IMG/VR virus record: IMGVR_UViG_3300020045_001103
Location: 1-37,171 of that record
DNA length: 37,171 nucleotides
Direction: 5' to 3' (one strand)
Source of the DNA: a virus
Taxonomy: Duplodnaviria; Caudoviricetes
The notes below the pieces were generated by a model that saw only the letters and a program-made list of their open reading frames with translations, had not been told where the DNA came from and made no database searches. Shown here piece after piece: positions 19,014 to 28,545 of the stretch; position 1 is the stretch's first letter, and every line of letters begins with the position of its first letter. The translations under genes and the position numbers were made by a program.

Positions 19014-19839
19014 AGTCTTCTAATATATTTTTGCTCGTATGTCCTAATAATTTCTGTACCTTTTGAAATACTTCACATAATTGACTACAAGTTACACAAT
19101 CAGTATTGCCTACTGAAGCTAACTCAGAACCTACATTAAGTGTTTCTAAAAGTACCATAATATCTCCTCCATTACAAATGAAGTAATCTACTACATTACA
19201 TGCAGTACTACAATTTACAAATATACAACTCTCTTCATCTTCTATTTGAATAGTATAAATTCCGTCACAAAAAGTTCTACAATCTGTGACACATGGGAAA
19301 TTACAATCAGCTCTAAAGTATTCATTATAAATATTTAAAGTAAGAGTATCTACTTCCAATCCACAAGGTAACTCTGGAATATTAACTAAAGTTAAAGTAC
19401 TATTTATATCACAAGGAGCTAAAACATATATAGAGAAATCTACCCTTATGTTATAAACAAATCCATCTAAATCAGTAATCTCAAACTCTATATAATTAGC
19501 TACATTAGAATCTAACAAGATTGTAAAAGTTACATTATCAATTGGAGTTACACTTACTATACCAGCAGAAGTTGTATAAGTATTACTAACTATTCTACTA
19601 TTTAGAATTCCACTTAAAGTTAAAGTAAATTCATCTCCACCTAATATAGAAATACAATTATCAATAGATTGACCAAATGTGTATTGATTAGGTAAGTTAA
19701 TTACAGCTACTTCAGAGCAGTTAAAAAAAATGGAGACTTGTACATTAAACAAGTCTCCATTAATCCAGTCTTCTAATATATTTGTAGTAGGAGTAGTAGC
19801 AGAAATAAAAGTGCATTCACTATCTACTATTAATTCCAT
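18994..19839 (-). CDS. Tail hub A-like Cys-rich protein
   Basis: DGIYTI motif and a Cys-rich C-terminus ending DCGC; follows the auxiliary capsid gene. Confidence 0.55.
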   Translation of the reverse strand: MELIVDSECTFISATTPTTNILEDWINGDLFNVQVSIFFNCSEVAVINLPNQYTFGQSIDNCISILGGDEFTLTLSGILNSRIVSNTYTTSAGIVSVTPIDNVTFTILLDSNVANYIEFEITDLDGFVYNIRVDFSIYVLAPCDINSTLTLVNIPELPCGLEVDTLTLNIYNEYFRADCNFPCVTDCRTFCDGIYTIQIEDEESCIFVNCSTACNVVDYFICNGGDIMVLLETLNVGSELASVGNTDCVTCSQLCEVFQKVQKLLGHTSKNILEDCGCNNN

Positions 19840-19840
19840 A

Positions 19841-21295
19841 TTATACGAAGTATGTTCCAGCTACGGCTGAACCTTTTATAGCATGAGCAGAAAGTACTCT
19901 CTCTGAAGTTAACCATACAGAAAGTACAGCATTTAAGTCTGTAACTGTACCTGAATCTACTGTAGCTAAAATATAACCTGTATCAGCATCAGCTGTAGGG
20001 TTAGTAACTTCAGCTTCTAACAATATAATTGCTTGTTTAGGCAACATATTTGAAGTAGTCAAAGTATCTTCATCATCAAAATAATCTATAATTGTTGAAG
20101 TATAGATTTTAGCAGGGTCAATATATGTATTACCTCTAGTGAAGTATTCACAGAAAGGTTGGTTTTGCATATTATGAATTGCCAATCTAGCTCTATCATC
20201 AAACTCAACTGTCCAATCTCTTCCAAGACCTCTAGCTTCTAAAGCATGAGCAGCTACAAGAGCTGTAGGAGTAGGGAACAAAAGGAATCCATCTCCCAAT
20301 GTAACTAGTACATTAGTTTTTACAGCTTGGATATTATCAAAAGCCAAAGAAGGATTTTCATCTAGTCCCATTACTATGAAACTATCAATTGCATCAGCAC
20401 CAGTTTGACCAGCAGCACTCAAATCTAACAACTCAATAGTTGCAGTATTAGGTACACCAGCTGCAATCCATGCTGTTACAGTATTAACAAATTCTGTAGT
20501 TGCTGTATAGTTTATAACAGCAGAAGCATCAGTCATTACAGGGATAATATCTCCTGCAACAATAGTTCCAAGAACTGTTCCTGCACCACCTGCTGAATCC
20601 AATCCAAATACTACAAAGTTTCTATTACCAAATCTATTACCTCCAGTATTAACAGTAGCTAACTTGGATTGATAATTCAAAGGTACTATAATATTTTGTA
20701 ACAAGTGGTCTAAAGGATTAGTCAAGATAGCTGCTACAACTGCATCAGAATATTCTGGAGTTACAAAAGTACTTGATACTACCTCATCATTTTCTCCATA
20801 TTCCAAATCATTTCTAACAGATTTCAAAGTTACTCTAGCACTATAATCAGTCAAATCCAAAGGAGTAGCTGTAAAGTTAGAATAATGTTTTGAAGCATAA
20901 GTACCTAAAGCAGCTACCAAAGTAGTTACACTAAGAACTTTACCTGCTCTAATGATTGGAGATTTAATAACTGGTTGATGTCCTACTTCAAATTGATTTG
21001 TCAATTGTGTAGCACTAGACAAAGGAGTACCTTGAGTCAATTGGATTGCACTAGTTGTAGTAATAGTATTACCAGCTACAAGGAAAGTCCCATAAGGTAA
21101 AGTAGCACTATCCATATCAACACTCATAGCACCCAATTGACCATTGGAAATACCAAATGCAGAAGTAGCATTAACTAATTTAGTTCCAACTACTGTACCA
21201 TTTGCTGTTCCATCAGCTAAATCTTGGTCTCCAGTACCTACTAGGATACACTCCATAGGCAACATGTTATTTCTTTTTTTAAATCTATTCGCCAT
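19841..21295 (-). CDS. Auxiliary capsid / major structural protein
   Basis: Ala/Thr/Val-rich beta protein with KSPII, G.GR and YTSTIIDY motifs; three genes downstream of MCP. Confidence 0.6.
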   Translation of the reverse strand: MANRFKKRNNMLPMECILVGTGDQDLADGTANGTVVGTKLVNATSAFGISNGQLGAMSVDMDSATLPYGTFLVAGNTITTTSAIQLTQGTPLSSATQLTNQFEVGHQPVIKSPIIRAGKVLSVTTLVAALGTYASKHYSNFTATPLDLTDYSARVTLKSVRNDLEYGENDEVVSSTFVTPEYSDAVVAAILTNPLDHLLQNIIVPLNYQSKLATVNTGGNRFGNRNFVVFGLDSAGGAGTVLGTIVAGDIIPVMTDASAVINYTATTEFVNTVTAWIAAGVPNTATIELLDLSAAGQTGADAIDSFIVMGLDENPSLAFDNIQAVKTNVLVTLGDGFLLFPTPTALVAAHALEARGLGRDWTVEFDDRARLAIHNMQNQPFCEYFTRGNTYIDPAKIYTSTIIDYFDDEDTLTTSNMLPKQAIILLEAEVTNPTADADTGYILATVDSGTVTDLNAVLSVWLTSERVLSAHAIKGSAVAGTYFV

Positions 21296-21311
21296 TTTTT
21301 ATTTTTAAATT

Positions 21312-22115
21312 TTATGTTATTGTTTGTATTTTATCTTGTTTCAAACTAAATCTATTAACATCTTCTAATCTTCTTGCTACTTCTTGGACTGCTATATCTA
21401 CTACAATTCCATGATACATTTTAGGTATATCAAAATCTACTGGTAAAGTAGTTGTTGCATTATAATAAGTTGCTTGACAAGTTGCTTCTAAAATACTATC
21501 AGCTATACACTTGTTATAAGCTATACTATTATAACCTCCAAAATAAGGTCTTACAGGTACTTTAATATACTCAATTTCTATTTCATCTATTACAAAGCCA
21601 GGTTCAGAATAAATATATAAACTAGATTCAACTAGTGGGTTACTAGATTTCTCTATAACTCCCACTAGTCTTTTCCATTTTTTATTTGGCTTTCTAAAAG
21701 CATCTTCTAATACATAGTTTAAATCCTCGTGTCTTTCAATTTTTACATTTACCAAACCACAGTTAGTTCTAGCATTAACTCTTATTAAGTGATAATACTC
21801 TTCTATTAATTGTCCTTCAGTATTAGACAGATAAAACTCATACTTGTTATTAGCTATAGTAACATCAGGAGTTATAGGAGCTTGCAATGGAGAACTTATA
21901 ACTAAAGTAGATAACATATCAATCCTTTGTTGTGTTACTTCAAATCCAAGTTTAAACTTTTTAAAGTTATTACCTGAATAAAAGATTTCAACATACTCTT
22001 GTATAGCATCCCATAAGAGCGCATCAATCTCCATAGGAGTCAAATCCTTCTTAAAGTTACTATCTAATTTGTTATACCTTTGTTTAAATTCCCAATGGGC
22101 TTCTCTTATAATCAT
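21312..22115 (-). CDS. Tail ring protein (crAss gene 74-like)
   Basis: EFKQRYNKLDSN...EID..L..A, GFEVTQQRIDMLSTL, Y.K.P and H..VVDIAV motifs. Confidence 0.8.
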   Translation of the reverse strand: MIIREAHWEFKQRYNKLDSNFKKDLTPMEIDALLWDAIQEYVEIFYSGNNFKKFKLGFEVTQQRIDMLSTLVISSPLQAPITPDVTIANNKYEFYLSNTEGQLIEEYYHLIRVNARTNCGLVNVKIERHEDLNYVLEDAFRKPNKKWKRLVGVIEKSSNPLVESSLYIYSEPGFVIDEIEIEYIKVPVRPYFGGYNSIAYNKCIADSILEATCQATYYNATTTLPVDFDIPKMYHGIVVDIAVQEVARRLEDVNRFSLKQDKIQTIT

Positions 22116-23245
22116 GTTGTTTCTATTGTGATTCCTTTAGACCTTACTTCTTGTAATAAATCTCCATACCAATTAGTTATCTCCTTATCATCACTATTAA
22201 AGATTGTATATTCAGACTTCAGGAGTGAGAATAGTTTATTGTAATCTGTAAATTTGTGTACATTAGGAGTACCTACTTTACTATGCCAGATATAGAACCC
22301 ATCTCTTACTGTCATTACATTAGTATTCAAAGCTTGTTGAATCAAATACTTGATATGTAAAGCATCCATTCCTTCAGGTGTATCTAATAAACTTACTATT
22401 TTCATAAATTCATTGATATTTTGCAACTGATAAACAGAATCATTTAAGATGTAACTATCTAAAGCATTAGTAATAGTAGTATTATCTACTTGACCTTTAA
22501 TTAACTCTCTACCATCTTTAGTTTTCAAGAGTGAAGCAACCATAGTTTTTTGATATGGTGTATATTCTTCTCCTAATTTGTATAGGTGGAAAGTAGCTTT
22601 TTTAACAATCTTTTGTTTTTTCATAATCTCTACTTCAGCTTCATTCTCTTCTGAAATATAAAAATCATGAAATGCAGAGTTAACAATAGATTTATTCTTT
22701 GCTACATTAGGTAAATTCTCTATCAATTGTATAGCCAACATTCCTCTAGGAGTTTCCGTAGTGAATACATTAGGTCTATCATATAGAATAATCTTAAACT
22801 TTTGTAGAAAACTAGGTTCTGGCATTGTCTTAATATCCTTATGACTAAAGATAGTAGCTTTAACATCAGAATCATAAAATCCTTCTTTTACATCTGATAA
22901 TATTTCAAAGTAGGTTTGTTTCTTCAACTCCCCTACTTTGGTTATATCTTGCAATCTCTCTTTACTCCAATGAGCAGAAAGGGAGAATTCACTTCTTAAT
23001 TGCTCCTCTGTATAATCTACAAAGGGATTAATCATCATAACATCTAGTCCAGTTACTAGTTTGTTTCTTTTATAATCTATCAAGAATTGATACTCACTTC
23101 CTACACCAAACTCCTTGGTTTTTTTCATTGGAACTGTATTAACAAGTTGTCCAGATGAAAGGGAAAAAGAATAAACTTGTTTGTCTCTACCTTGTGCAGA
23201 TTGTCTAGGCACAGGGTTTACATATACTATTTTGTGACTTTTCAT
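22112..23245 (-). CDS. Conserved crAss-like protein downstream of MCP (gene 75-like)
   Basis: 377-aa ORF immediately after MCP; assignment mainly by gene order. Confidence 0.55.
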   Translation of the reverse strand: MKSHKIVYVNPVPRQSAQGRDKQVYSFSLSSGQLVNTVPMKKTKEFGVGSEYQFLIDYKRNKLVTGLDVMMINPFVDYTEEQLRSEFSLSAHWSKERLQDITKVGELKKQTYFEILSDVKEGFYDSDVKATIFSHKDIKTMPEPSFLQKFKIILYDRPNVFTTETPRGMLAIQLIENLPNVAKNKSIVNSAFHDFYISEENEAEVEIMKKQKIVKKATFHLYKLGEEYTPYQKTMVASLLKTKDGRELIKGQVDNTTITNALDSYILNDSVYQLQNINEFMKIVSLLDTPEGMDALHIKYLIQQALNTNVMTVRDGFYIWHSKVGTPNVHKFTDYNKLFSLLKSEYTIFNSDDKEITNWYGDLLQEVRSKGITIETT

Positions 23246-23282
23246 GTCTTTTAAGTTTTTTCTTAACTTACATTAAGTTTGA

Positions 23283-24887
23283 TTAAATATTTACTGCTGG
23301 TACAAATTCCAATCTACCAACTCTAGAAACATCCCATACACACAATGAACCAGAGATTTCTCTATAGATACCTCCTTCTTTGTTGTTGCTATAGGCATTT
23401 CCACCATCTTTGATTGCACCTGTATTAAAGTCATAAACATTAGATACTGTGAAGTAACTTTCTACACCATCTTGCATAACACAAGTAATGTTTTCTTGTC
23501 TTCTAGCACCTTCTGCTTTTTGGTCTGTTGCACCAAAGTCAAAAATATCCATTGCAAAAGACTCTAAAGTTCTATTAGTTCCAGGAGCTTTTTCAGGGAA
23601 TAAGTGTCTATCATCTTTGATAGGGTCATGTACCATTTCAACTATAATGCCATTAGGAGCAAGCCATTTGGTAAATTGTGCACCAAATTCCAACTCATTT
23701 TCATTATAACCTAAACCATCTTTTCTAGCTCTAATAAAGTTAGTATCAACAGTTGTAAAGGCATTAGCTTCTTGAGCCAACAATCTTGACAAAAATTCAA
23801 TTCCACCTTCACCAGAAGCAATCTTGATATGTCTATCAGAGAATCCTTTTCTAGTGATAAAGATTTCATTCAAGTATTCATAGATGTCAGACAAAGATAA
23901 AGAGCCATTATGTTGTTTATAATGTCCATCTTTTACAATTTGTCTCCAACCTGGTGCTACTTTAATAGTTCTATCAGTGTCATTATCTACAGTTTTTTGT
24001 AGTTGACCCCACTCCATAGACATCTCTCTATCTCTCTCAATTCTTTCTAGCAATCTAGCTTCAATCATAGAGATAAAGACACCTTTTTCAATAGTCTTAT
24101 TTCCTTTAGTTTTGAAGTCTTTTTGATAAACATAACCTACTCCAACTGCATCATTATAAGTTTTACCTCCAATGCAATAGCCTGAGCCTTTAGCCATTTT
24201 ACCATCTTTTTTAGCTGCTATTTCTGTTCTAATAAATTTGTCAGAGAATTCACATTTTCTAGCAAAGTTACCTACCCAAGATTGAAGTTTAAACATTTCT
24301 CCATATTGGTCTCCTGCATATTTTTGATTCAACTCATCACTAACCATTGTAGAGATGTCAATCATCTTTCTGCCAGGAAGCAAATAATCTACTGGAATCC
24401 AAGCATTAGGGTCTCCAGATTGAATCTCTGCTTCATACTCAAAAGAGTTTGCAGACCTTTGTACAGGATGTCCTATAATTCTAATAAAAGGAAGATTAGA
24501 ACCTTCAGTTTTCAACAATACTGGTTCATGCAACCACTCTCTATCAAGAGCAAATTTGAATCTTAAACCACCTTTACCAGGTGTAGCTGTTGGGCTTTCC
24601 AACAATTCTGTTACTCTAAAGTCTACTTCAGAGTCACCTTCTAAGTTCCATTGATAATCATCTGTTCCACCAGGCAAATAATAAACATTATTTTTGGCAA
24701 CAGTCATATAGGTAAATTTCTTGTTAATCAAATGACTACCAAGTTTAGAACTAAACAATTGGGATGTAACCATACCAAAATTATGCGGTGCATAAGTTCT
24801 AAACATTGCAGCATGAGAAAAACTGTCATGATAACTACCTCCAAATGACTTTCTCTCAACTAGACTTAAAGCTGTCTTTCTTTCCAT
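23283..24887 (-). CDS. Major capsid protein (HK97 fold, crAss-like)
   Basis: 534 aa; DYQWNL, ASGEGG..F, LEFGAQFTKW.APNG..V...HDP..DD and LES..M.IFDFG motifs; order portal-scaffold-MCP. Confidence 0.9.
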   Translation of the reverse strand: MERKTALSLVERKSFGGSYHDSFSHAAMFRTYAPHNFGMVTSQLFSSKLGSHLINKKFTYMTVAKNNVYYLPGGTDDYQWNLEGDSEVDFRVTELLESPTATPGKGGLRFKFALDREWLHEPVLLKTEGSNLPFIRIIGHPVQRSANSFEYEAEIQSGDPNAWIPVDYLLPGRKMIDISTMVSDELNQKYAGDQYGEMFKLQSWVGNFARKCEFSDKFIRTEIAAKKDGKMAKGSGYCIGGKTYNDAVGVGYVYQKDFKTKGNKTIEKGVFISMIEARLLERIERDREMSMEWGQLQKTVDNDTDRTIKVAPGWRQIVKDGHYKQHNGSLSLSDIYEYLNEIFITRKGFSDRHIKIASGEGGIEFLSRLLAQEANAFTTVDTNFIRARKDGLGYNENELEFGAQFTKWLAPNGIIVEMVHDPIKDDRHLFPEKAPGTNRTLESFAMDIFDFGATDQKAEGARRQENITCVMQDGVESYFTVSNVYDFNTGAIKDGGNAYSNNKEGGIYREISGSLCVWDVSRVGRLEFVPAVNI

Positions 24888-24911
24888 GTAATTTTTTTAT
24901 CTAAATTAGTT

Positions 24912-25901
24912 TTAAAATATTGGTACAAGCTCATCCCCATTCTTATTAGAAGATTGATGACTTTTACCTGAACTCTTAGTTCCACTAGAACTAAAGTTAT
25001 CTCTTGTTAAATTTTTCTTGAATTCACTTACTTCTTTTGAAGCTACTTGTTTACTGTAAGCTTCTAAATCAAATACTCCAGTCTTACTATCAAAGTAACT
25101 ATAAAAATCAGCTAATTGTATAACAGCTTTAGGAGAATTCTGAATAGCTTGGTTCTTTGTTCCTATAATTCTAGGGTCTAGATTTTCTTTAATAGCTTGA
25201 TTCCTTTTATCTGTATACTTTAAATTAACTAACTCTTGATTTAATTTACCAAAGTATTCTTGTTGTTTTGCTAGATTAGCAGCTTTTTGAGCTTTTTCTG
25301 CTTCTAGTCTTTCTACAGACTTTTGTGATACTGTTTTATCTGCATGAGATTTTGCTTTGTTGATTAGGAAAGTTTCTCCCTTATCTTCCATAGCATCTAA
25401 TGTAGTTTCAATAACATCATCTTCATAGTTCTGAGACTTCATTACTTTAGCCATATAAGCTCTTGCAGCTTCTATAGTATTAATCTTTGAGTTAGAACTC
25501 TTGTAGTCTTCCTCTTGTAACTTAAAGAATTCTACCAAATCTTCATGGGTTACATCACCTTTGGTTAAAGCAAAATCCATAAGATTCTGTACAGCTTCAG
25601 GCATTTGTTGTATAATGCTATTAGCTACCATATCTGGTAAACTCTCAATATGTTTATCTAAAGATTCCCAAGTTCCATCAAAAGGAGTTTCAGAATCTTC
25701 AAACAAAATACCTTTATCAATTAAGGTCTTATAAAGTCCTATAGCTTCATCTTCTGCTGCTTCTGCATATACAGGTGTTTCAGTAGTTACTTCCTCTTCT
25801 GTAGTTTCTGTCGATACTTCAGGAAGACTGATGTCTTCTATATTGACTTCAAAATCTGGGAATAAATCTTGCTCTTGCTTTTCTTGCGTGTCTTGACTCA
25901 T
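24912..25901 (-). CDS. Scaffolding-like protein (acidic N-terminus, coiled coil)
   Basis: Very acidic N-terminus, helical; lies between portal and MCP. Confidence 0.6.
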   Translation of the reverse strand: MSQDTQEKQEQDLFPDFEVNIEDISLPEVSTETTEEEVTTETPVYAEAAEDEAIGLYKTLIDKGILFEDSETPFDGTWESLDKHIESLPDMVANSIIQQMPEAVQNLMDFALTKGDVTHEDLVEFFKLQEEDYKSSNSKINTIEAARAYMAKVMKSQNYEDDVIETTLDAMEDKGETFLINKAKSHADKTVSQKSVERLEAEKAQKAANLAKQQEYFGKLNQELVNLKYTDKRNQAIKENLDPRIIGTKNQAIQNSPKAVIQLADFYSYFDSKTGVFDLEAYSKQVASKEVSEFKKNLTRDNFSSSGTKSSGKSHQSSNKNGDELVPIF

Positions 25902-25977
25902 AATTAGTTTTAAATTAGGCTGTAAATATAAGTATTATTTTCAGCGAATTATACGATTATTTGATTTTTTAAATTAT

Positions 25978-28545
25978 TTACTTACTACTATTCTTTTTCT
26001 GTAAAACATTCTTTTCCTTGATTTCTAAATCTTTCTCATCCTTCTTAATTTGATGTTGAAACTTAGCTTTATCTAAGTCTAATTTCTCTCTTTTTAATTC
26101 AGCATTCATTACTTCTATAACATCTAATTGACCATCTGAATCTGCATCAGGATTTTCATCAAATTGACCCATAGATTTAATAGTTTCTTTAGCCAACTCT
26201 CTTTCTTTTTGTAAAGATTCTTTCAAAGTTATTTTCTCTAACTCTTGTTGATGAGTTTTTTCTACTATCTCCAATTGTACTTGAGACATTTTCTCTTGAG
26301 AATCTAATTGTTTTTGTTGCATTTCAGCTGCTCTACTAGCTTGTCTTTGACTCTCTAATTGTATCATCTTATGTACTTCCTCAGGAGATGCTCCAGAAGT
26401 AATAGCTTTAATTAAGGTAGATACAGCTTCAATACCTTCTCCAGCATTTTGAGCTATAGAATGAGACATATTAGCCATCATATCTATATACCTTTGTGAT
26501 GCTCCAGAGGAGGTTACAAACAATCCTATATCCTCATGATGTAACATAGCTGGAGTAACCTTGAGTAATTCTTCAGTACCATCAGGTAAGAAATAATGAA
26601 ATATAGTTTCTTCATCTTCAGCTAGTCTCATCTCAGCATAAGCTCTCATATTATAAAGATAATCATTCAAAGTATATTTCCATATCTGTTCAAGCATATG
26701 AAACATAGGTTCTGTGATATTATAAGATTGACTTATAGCTTGTTGATTATCTGAAACATTAGAGTTATTAGCATATTGAGCTTCTCTCTGTGGACTAAAT
26801 CCCATAAGCAAACTAATCTCTCTATCAATTAAATCCAATAGATTCTGTAGATTCATTAACTCTATAGCAGTTCCTAACATATAACCTCTACTACCTGGAC
26901 TTCTTGTAGAAGGAGGTAATCCACCTAAACTATTTTGACTACCACTATAAAAGTTTGTGGATAAAGTCTTTCTCATTTTAAGCCAAGTAGCAATAGGGTC
27001 TCTTACAATATTACCATCTTTATCTTGTCCTAAACTTTCTGGAATTTGGTCAACATCAACATCTTGCATATAACCTTGATATTTAGCCAACTCTCTTAAC
27101 TGGATATGTTTTACAAAGTAATATTGTAATTGTGCAGGTATAGCTCTTTGAACTGGAGAAATAGATTTAGCATTTCTAGAATTAAAAATACAACCTTTGT
27201 ATGATAATTCAAAATTACTAAAAGGATTACTTAGATGTACAGGTTGAAGTGGAACTTCTCTAGCATCAACTATAATAGAATCTCCTAACCTAGTTAACTC
27301 ATGTCTCCAAGGTATATACATTTTCTCTGCTTCAAATATAACCTCCTCTTGATTCCAAACATACTTAGTAGTAACTTCTCCAAATTTATTAGTATAATTT
27401 TCTTTAGTGGCTTCTTTAGGTATTTCAAAATCCTTAGATAAAATATCATAAACTTTCTTGTTATACTCATTTCTATAACTTATAAAAGTTATCTCTTTAA
27501 ATCCTTTAAACTCCATATGAGTTTCCCAGATTAAAGTCTCATAAGTAGAATCTCTTACTAATCCTTGTCCTTGATGTTTACCAACTCTTTTATCAGCAGC
27601 ATCCCCAGATTTTCCATCTAGCAAACTTATGTAAGTTTCTGTTGCTGGATAAGAATGTACTAGGTCTGGAGTATCAAATATATCATGTCTTTTATCAACT
27701 CTAGAACCATAAGAATAACTATAAGTCATTAAGTCCTCTAATTGTTCATCAGTTAATTGATTGCCATATTTTTGTATAGCATCAGACATTGTGATAGATT
27801 TTTTATACCAAACATAATCTCCTTTTTGAATCCATCTTTCATTAGGACTTTTATGAAATCCTGTATAGAGCGTATTACATATTTCTATAGAAGGTTTACC
27901 ATGTTTCCAACCACTATAAGTAAATGCTCTATCTGCTATCATAGCATCATTAAGAACCTCTAATTCTTTAGTATCTAAATCTTCAGCATATCTACAATAC
28001 TTTAGAATCTTGTTATAGAATATCTCAGAATCAGTTAAGAAATTCTTGATAGAAATATCTTGTGGCTCTAATAAAGACCTTTGTTGTTTAACAAATTCCT
28101 CTTGTTGTTTAGGATCTTGAAATTGGAGACTTTCTAACTCTAAAGCTATTCTCTCTTCAATAGACTTTCTAATCTCTTCCAAATAAAGTTTATCTTTATT
28201 AGCTAAAGACTTAGCATTCAAGAGAATTACTTTATTCTTCTTAGGTCTATTGAGTAACTCACCTCCAGCAGCAGCTATCTTATTAGGGATTTTATTAAAA
28301 GGTTTTAGCTCTTCTATAATTTCTCCTATTAAGTCTTCTCCTAAAGGATTACAGAATATACTAATTTCTTCAGTAAATCCAGATAAATCATTATTTACAA
28401 ACTCATAAGCCTTTTTAAGTTCATCAAATTGAGCTATAGTATTGCTGTAAGAAGGTATATAATAATCTGCAATAGCCTTATACCAATCTTCAGTCTTTAA
28501 AGAGTCAGCTACTTTTAAATTAATTACATCATGTTTTGTGTCCAT
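25978..28545 (-). CDS. Portal protein (crAss-like)
   Basis: 855 aa after TerL. GELLNRP, GFSPQRE, NQQAISQSYNITEP motifs, C-terminal coiled-coil barrel and DADSDGQLD motif. Confidence 0.9.
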   Translation of the reverse strand: MDTKHDVINLKVADSLKTEDWYKAIADYYIPSYSNTIAQFDELKKAYEFVNNDLSGFTEEISIFCNPLGEDLIGEIIEELKPFNKIPNKIAAAGGELLNRPKKNKVILLNAKSLANKDKLYLEEIRKSIEERIALELESLQFQDPKQQEEFVKQQRSLLEPQDISIKNFLTDSEIFYNKILKYCRYAEDLDTKELEVLNDAMIADRAFTYSGWKHGKPSIEICNTLYTGFHKSPNERWIQKGDYVWYKKSITMSDAIQKYGNQLTDEQLEDLMTYSYSYGSRVDKRHDIFDTPDLVHSYPATETYISLLDGKSGDAADKRVGKHQGQGLVRDSTYETLIWETHMEFKGFKEITFISYRNEYNKKVYDILSKDFEIPKEATKENYTNKFGEVTTKYVWNQEEVIFEAEKMYIPWRHELTRLGDSIIVDAREVPLQPVHLSNPFSNFELSYKGCIFNSRNAKSISPVQRAIPAQLQYYFVKHIQLRELAKYQGYMQDVDVDQIPESLGQDKDGNIVRDPIATWLKMRKTLSTNFYSGSQNSLGGLPPSTRSPGSRGYMLGTAIELMNLQNLLDLIDREISLLMGFSPQREAQYANNSNVSDNQQAISQSYNITEPMFHMLEQIWKYTLNDYLYNMRAYAEMRLAEDEETIFHYFLPDGTEELLKVTPAMLHHEDIGLFVTSSGASQRYIDMMANMSHSIAQNAGEGIEAVSTLIKAITSGASPEEVHKMIQLESQRQASRAAEMQQKQLDSQEKMSQVQLEIVEKTHQQELEKITLKESLQKERELAKETIKSMGQFDENPDADSDGQLDVIEVMNAELKREKLDLDKAKFQHQIKKDEKDLEIKEKNVLQKKNSSK

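Noticed and set aside
25902-25977. Late promoter (TATATTTA, 25923-25930) upstream of scaffold and MCP
   Set aside because: Imperfect match to TAnnTTTG in very AT-rich DNA; plausible but not supportable.
26110-26160. EF-hand-like DADSDGQLD motif in the portal C-terminus as a novelty
   Set aside because: Similar DxDxDG tails appear to be ordinary for crAss-like portals; used only as supporting evidence.
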